This document shows positions 58,371 through 64,000 of a DNA stretch of 64,000 bases, one piece after another. The notes beneath the pieces are model-generated. The model had not been told where the DNA came from. It saw only the letters and a list, made by a program, of their open reading frames with translations, and searched no databases. Source of the DNA: Eledone cirrhosa (Eukaryota); NCBI GenBank assembly GCA_964016885.1, contig OZ024757.1, forward strand, positions 17,484,001-17,548,000, written 5' to 3'. The number at the start of each line of letters is the position of its first letter. Positions within the stretch are counted from its first letter, which is position 1. A program made the translations under genes and the position numbers.

Positions 58371-58914
58371 TGTTGAGTGACAGTAACAAGAGAGCAAGTG
58401 AGATAGTGCCCAAGCATGACTACACTGTTGGCTGGAATAAGTAACAAAGCACACACACACATATACATATACTAATGTAGGTGTATATATGTATATATGT
58501 GCTTAGCTTATATAATCAAGGGTTGTTATATACATGCATGTTTATTAATAAACACAGCCATGCACATATTATCTGTGTGTATGTATACTTCCCTGCTCAC
58601 ACAAATACACATCCACATGTATTTAAATATATTGTTGTTCTTAGTTATCCACAAACACCCACACATTGTCATTTGTGATTACACACACAAACACAAACAC
58701 ATCCATCTACAAATACGCACACACACACAGACAGACTTCCAAATTAATATTGTAAATTCACTTCTGTCTGTGTGAGGACTACCTAACTTCCAAGTGCTTC
58801 TTTCAAGACAGCCCTTCCCACCTTCCCATCATTGATTCTTTCTCCCTAATGAAGTGAAATCTTCCTTTTTCCCTTGAATGTTCCTGGCATTCAAAAGACA
58901 TTCACAGAGGCCCT

Positions 58915-59310
58915 TGACAGTCAAAAGACATGCACAGATGTCAAAGGGCATTCACATAAGATTTTAGAAGTCAAAAGACATTAACAGATGTTCATGACTG
59001 TCAAAATACATTTACAGATATTCTTGACAGTCAAAATACATTTACAGATGTTCTCGACTGTCAAAAGACATTTACAGATGTTCTTGACAGTCAAAAGACA
59101 TTAACAGATGTTCCTGACTATCAAAAGACATTTACAGATGTTCTTGACAGTCAAAAGACATTAACAGATGTTCATGACTGTCAAAATACATTTACAGATA
59201 TTCTTGACCGTCAAAATACATTTACAGATGTTCTCGACTGTCAAAATACATTTACAGATGTTCTCGACTGTCAAAATACATTTACAGATATTCTTGACAG
59301 TCAAATAACA
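58915..59310. repeat. 30-bp minisatellite (gtcaaaagacatttacagatgttcttgaca)n
   Basis: ~12 tandem copies. Confidence 0.9.
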
Positions 59311-59458
59311 TTCAAATTCACAAATATTCCATGAAAATTGCCACAGAAATTTCAAACAATTTATTTAACATTGAAGTAAATTGTAGACGCCATGGTTTTA
59401 TTGGTTATTAAATGTTTTTTTTTTAATTATTTTTTTGAACTATAAATGTATATGTATA

Positions 59459-59489
<31 letters not shown>

Positions 59490-59864
59490 AATGAAATCAA
59501 TATTATTATTAATAATAATACAATGAAGTATGTATATATGTGTGTGTTTTAAGATTATGAAATTTCTTATTGAATTTTGATTAAATAAATACTATTGAAT
59601 TTATGGATGCATGTGTGTGTCTGTATGTGAGTATGTGTACACATCTGTGTATATATCCATGTGTGTGTGTATGTATGTGTACACATCTGTGTATATGTCC
59701 ATGTGTGTGTGTATAATCATCTCACTAATTCCACTACAGTTACTGTAAAACTGTGTTATCCTGCTGGTCAGGTGATGATGAGGGCTGTAAGGGGGTGTCC
59801 AACATAAAGTTGCTCCACCCCTCCAAGACACTTTCCTTCTGTAGGGGTGAAGGAGAGGACCCAT

Positions 59865-60610
59865 GTGTATGGAGAGAGAGGAGACTTGTGTATGGAGAGC
59901 GAGAGAAGAGACTTGTGTGTGTGTGTGGAGAGAGAGAGAGGAGACTTGTGTATGGAGAGAGAGAGGAGACTTGTGTATGGAGAGAGAGAGAGGAGGTGTG
60001 TGTGGAGAGAGAGACTCGTGTGTGGAAAGAGAGCGGAGACTTGTGTGTGTTGACTCCTGTGCAAGTATGTGTGTGTGAGAGAGGGTTTCTGTTTGTGTGT
60101 AAAGAAAACACTCTATGTGTGTATGTATATGTTTGAAAGAATAAAAAAGACTGTGTGTGTATGAGGAAAATACTGTTTGAGAGAGCAAAATAGATAGTGT
60201 GTGTGTGTGGACAATATTGTGTGTGTTTGAGAGAACAAAATAGAGAGTGTGTGTGTGTGGACAATATTGTGTGTGTTTGAGAGAGCAAAATAGATAGTGT
60301 GTGTGTGTGTGTTTGAGAGAACAAAATAGAGTGTGTGTGTGTGTGGACAATATTGTGTGTGTTTGAGAGAACAAAATAGAGAGTGTGTGTGTGTGGACAA
60401 TATTGTGTGTTTGAGAGAGCAAAATAGATAGTGTATGTGTGTGTGTTTGAGAGAACAAAATAGAGTGTGTGTGTGTGTGGACAATATTGTGTGTGTTTGA
60501 GAGAGCAAAATAGATAGTGTGTGTGTGTGTTTGAGAGAACAAAATAGAGTGTGTGTGTGTGGACAATATTGTGTGTGTTTGAGAGAACAAAATAGAGAGT
60601 GTGTGTGTGT
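59865..60610. repeat. Two GA/GT-rich minisatellites
   Basis: gagacttgtgtatggagagag and tttgagagaacaaaatagagtgtgtgtggacaatattg units. Confidence 0.85.
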
Positions 60611-61387
60611 ATGGAATCACCCAGTATAGTCTGATGCACACTTTTATTATTTTCTACATAAGAAATAAATTTATGACGATGATGATGATGATTCCAAAGC
60701 CATAGGATGTAGCGCTGTGTGTAGGTTCGATTTCAGCTGTCTTCTGCAACCACTTCCACCATATACCACCTACAACCACCACCACCACCTACACAGGGAC
60801 AAAGCCCACTCTCCCACACACAGCATCTATTCATTGGTTCATTGATGTCATGTGATTTGGAAAAACAGAAATTAAATATATATATATATATACACACAAA
60901 GTATTTAATTGATTCATTAATAAATACTAACGAGACACAAGAGAATCATTATGTTAAGCAGTTGTTTTTCTTTTCTTTCTTATTTTTATTGTCTGTCTGT
61001 GTGTCCATGCAATTTATTCTTCTTTACAGGTATAGGTGAGGCGACTAATCGTTAGAAGGTCAGATAGAATGCTTTATGGTATTTGTTCTGGCTCTCTGAG
61101 GTCAAATCCCGTAGAGGTCAACTTTGCTTTTCAAGCCGATTCTTCCTCTATATCTCTTTCTCATCTTCTCTCTCTGGAAGAAATCTGCTGTGGTCAGACC
61201 CGGAGAGGGGTGGGCTCCACCAGGCTTAAAAATGCCCAAGAAACGCTGTATGTCAATACGGTGCCCTTACAAATCTATCAGGAGCTACAGGACCATACAC
61301 ACATACAGGTATAGGAACAGCTGTGTGGTTAAGGAGTCTGGTCTACTAATGTGAGCTTTCAAGTTTAGTCCCACAATGTGGAATTTG

Positions 61388-61970
61388 GTGATCTACACAA
61401 TAAAATCACCTAGTACACTCTGTAAAGTGGTTGGTGGTAGGAATAGGAAGGGCATCCAACCATAGAAAGCTTGCCAAACAAAGAGTTGGGCGGACCCTTT
61501 ATTTGTGTCAAGGACATGACAGCCCTCTAGTGCTGGTGATCTACACAATAAGAGCACCTAGTACACTCTGTAAAGTGGTTGGTGGTAGGAATAGGAAGGG
61601 CATCCAACCATAGAAAGCTTGCCAAACAAAGAGTTGGGAGGACCCTTTATTTGTGTCAAGGACATGACAGCCCTCTAGTGCTGGTGATCTACACAATAAG
61701 AGCACCCAATACATGGTGTGAATTGGTTTGTGTTAGAAAGGTAGTCCATCCTAAGAAAGCTTGCCAAACAAGGGGTTGGGAGGGTTCTTCAGTTTGTGTC
61801 AAAAGACATGACAACTTTTCCTCTGCACTTGATATGACTGTATGTAATCAGGATACAGACCTCCTCGGCCTGTTTAGGATGTCATTAGCCCCTCTTCAGT
61901 ACTGACATGGTCTATGTAGACTCTTCCAACCCTTGCTAACAGGGAAAGTGGACATTAACTGATGATGATA
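61388..61970 (+). repeat. 148-bp tandem duplication of an RTE-tail-like element
   Basis: gtacactctgtaaagtggttggtggtaggaataggaagggcatccaacc at 61413 and 61561; (gat)n end at ~61965. Confidence 0.7.
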
Positions 61971-62076
61971 TATATATAAGAGATGTCAACATGAATGGAC
62001 CTGTTATTTTTATCTAAAGACATTTTTTCCAATTCTACCCCGCCCGTCCCCTCAATCTATTTTATTTCTCATTCTT

Positions 62077-62112
62077 TCTTCTGATGAAGGACTAGTGTCC
62101 GAAACGTTAAGA
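62077..62112 (+). ncRNA. Minimal type-I hammerhead ribozyme
   Basis: tctt-CTGATGA-a-ggac-tagt-gtcc-GAAAC-GTT-aaga. Confidence 0.75.
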
Positions 62113-62225
62113 CCCTCTTCCTGCTATATCAAGCGTTAACCTAATATATTCCTTCCATATACTGTACCAATGGTGTTGTTATTTCTGTTTACCTTTTATA
62201 TACATTACATTCATATGTATATACA

Positions 62226-62488
62226 TCAAAGGCAATGACACAGGACCGAGACCTCTGGCGTTACGCAGTAATACAGAAGACCAGACTTCCCAAGGGTATA
62301 CGTCGAAGCTGAAGCATATAGACAGTATGCCCCACCCCCTTCCCCCTGTAAAGTGGTCATGTAGGTGTCACAACAAAAAAGGACCCAGTCCACACTGTAG
62401 AGTGGTTGTGTAGGCACCATGGTAACAAAAGCACCCACCACTCACTGTAAATGAGGTTGGTGTTAGGAAGGGCATCCAGCTGCAGAAA
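62226..62488 (+). mobile_element. RTE 3' end variant
   Basis: KAMTQDRDLWRYAVIQKT followed by RTE 3'UTR. Confidence 0.75.
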
Positions 62489-63539
62489 TATATATATATA
62501 GAAATTAATTATAGAAATAAAGGAAAGATAAAAATTACAAACAAAATATGAGAAGATATACACACCACCAATTACGCATTGCAACAGAAAATATTAGTGT
62601 TTCCTTCTAAATATTTTTTAATGGCAAGCAAAAACATTCACGACATTGTCACAGGTAATAGTGAAGCTAAGGTGCTGTAATATTCACGTATATTTATTAG
62701 TATTGTGTAATATTTTAGTAAAATGAGCCACCAACAACGATAGAACTTCGTTGTCAGAAACCCTAGCTACCATGAACCTCTTGAATACAAATGTTAGTTC
62801 ATGTAATTTATTTTTACCCTTGTTTTTATATGGTGGCATTTGTCTAGGGTCTTTTCTTTATTTATAGTATGTTTTTGTGGGGTGGTGCTAAGTGTAATAT
62901 TATTCTCATAGAAATTCATTTCTCGGTCTCTGTTATGTCAAGTTAACCTTTTGTTCATAGATATTGCTATAATCTAGCTGTGACTATCTCGTGTTGATTA
63001 GTATTTCTGACATATCTAAAATTATATTTTTAATACGTCAGTTTTTAACAATATAAATTAGAGTGTAATTTGTGGGTGATATAGCAGCTATGTTTAGTAG
63101 TGAACGGCTACCACTTTGCTGGGACCACATGTAGATGTTATTCAGGTGTGTAGTTTAGTCCATCTTCAATCTAAATTTCGTAACCGTTTTTGTTTAACAC
63201 TTGTTAAGAAACACAAAATACGTTTTTCTTTTACAATTACACCACTGGCCAAAACCTATCTAAGTTATCTCGTTTTAGAGGGGGAAATTTTTTCTAAGGT
63301 TTTTGTCACGCATCGCCCTGTCAAATCACACCACACCTCTCATAACTTCATACTTATTTCCTTTCTATCACTGCGCCTCACACACAGCCAAGATCAGAGA
63401 GGGTTCGTCTGTTGGGACAAGGATCAGGAATCCATCTAGCATTGGTGCTATGGAAATTCACCTGGTACACCCTTCAAGGTGGTTGGTGACAGGAAGGGCA
63501 CTTGTAGAAACCATGCCTAAAAAGGTATTGAAAACTTGA

Positions 63540-64000
63540 CTGGCCTAACGGCTCTCTATCTTGATGGCAATGCACTAACATTATACCTCGAGATGGAGGA
63601 GTTAGACCAACTGAATGCAGAGAAAATAGAATGTTTTAAGGAAGCATTCACTGAGGGGCCTTATGCTGCTTTCGCCACGCCAGACAAAGTAAGATGGATG
63701 GGAAAGTAGGTGGACGTATTTGCACCAGACACACGGTTGTTGGCTATGCTAGCTCAGTTGACAGGGGAAAACCTTGAAATGGCTGCGCAGATGGCGTTCG
63801 TGAATGGGTTCCCTGCTCCAACAGTTGCCAGGCAACAGAAAAATGACTATGAGCAAGCTAATCACACAGGCCTGTGTAGCAACACGAGGTGCTGAGTGGA
63901 ATGTTGCAGTGACAGAAGCTTATGGCAGCTGACAGCAATCGATGAGGGGGAGAAGACCTCCTTTGAACACTCAGCAGCAGGCATTCAGAGGCCAGTGCTT
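63540..64000 (+). pseudogene. Decayed Ty3/Gypsy-like gag
   Basis: LYLDGNALTLYLEMEELDQLNAEKIE..KEAFTEGPYAAF......W.G*VDVFA...RLLA.LA.LTGENLE.....AFVNGFP with an in-frame stop; family recalled, not searched. Confidence 0.55.

Noticed and set aside
58915-59310. 30-bp partly palindromic repeats as CRISPR
   Set aside because: No spacers, no cas genes
59584-59589. AATAAA as the gene's poly(A) signal
   Set aside because: Plausible but cannot be told apart from chance hexamers in AT-rich sequence without 3'-end data

Overview
AT-rich, microsatellite-saturated animal genomic DNA. The repeat families and style suggest an octopus or other coleoid cephalopod (inference, not verified). Only one host gene is well supported: the last two coding exons (23621-23852 and 54643-54842, + strand, phase-1 compatible, ~30.8 kb intron) of a taperin/phostensin-like PP1-binding protein. 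The rest is mobile DNA and repeats: 5'-truncated RTE LINEs (with a PHD finger inside the RT), CR1, R4/Dong-like and Ingi/Vingi-like fragments, two tRNA-derived SINE types, hAT/piggyBac/mariner-type MITEs, a decayed Gypsy-like gag, and many mini/microsatellites. The most striking structure is a set of short modules lodged between (TA)n tracts. They belong to several unrelated sequence families, carry type-I hammerhead ribozyme cores (CTGAnGA...GAAA...NUH) and often occur as fold-back palindromes. One sits downstream of a Penelope-like GIY-YIG fragment, suggesting a diverse population of Penelope-derived ribozyme mini-elements that target TA microsatellites. Most long ORFs in the ORF track are microsatellite artefacts.
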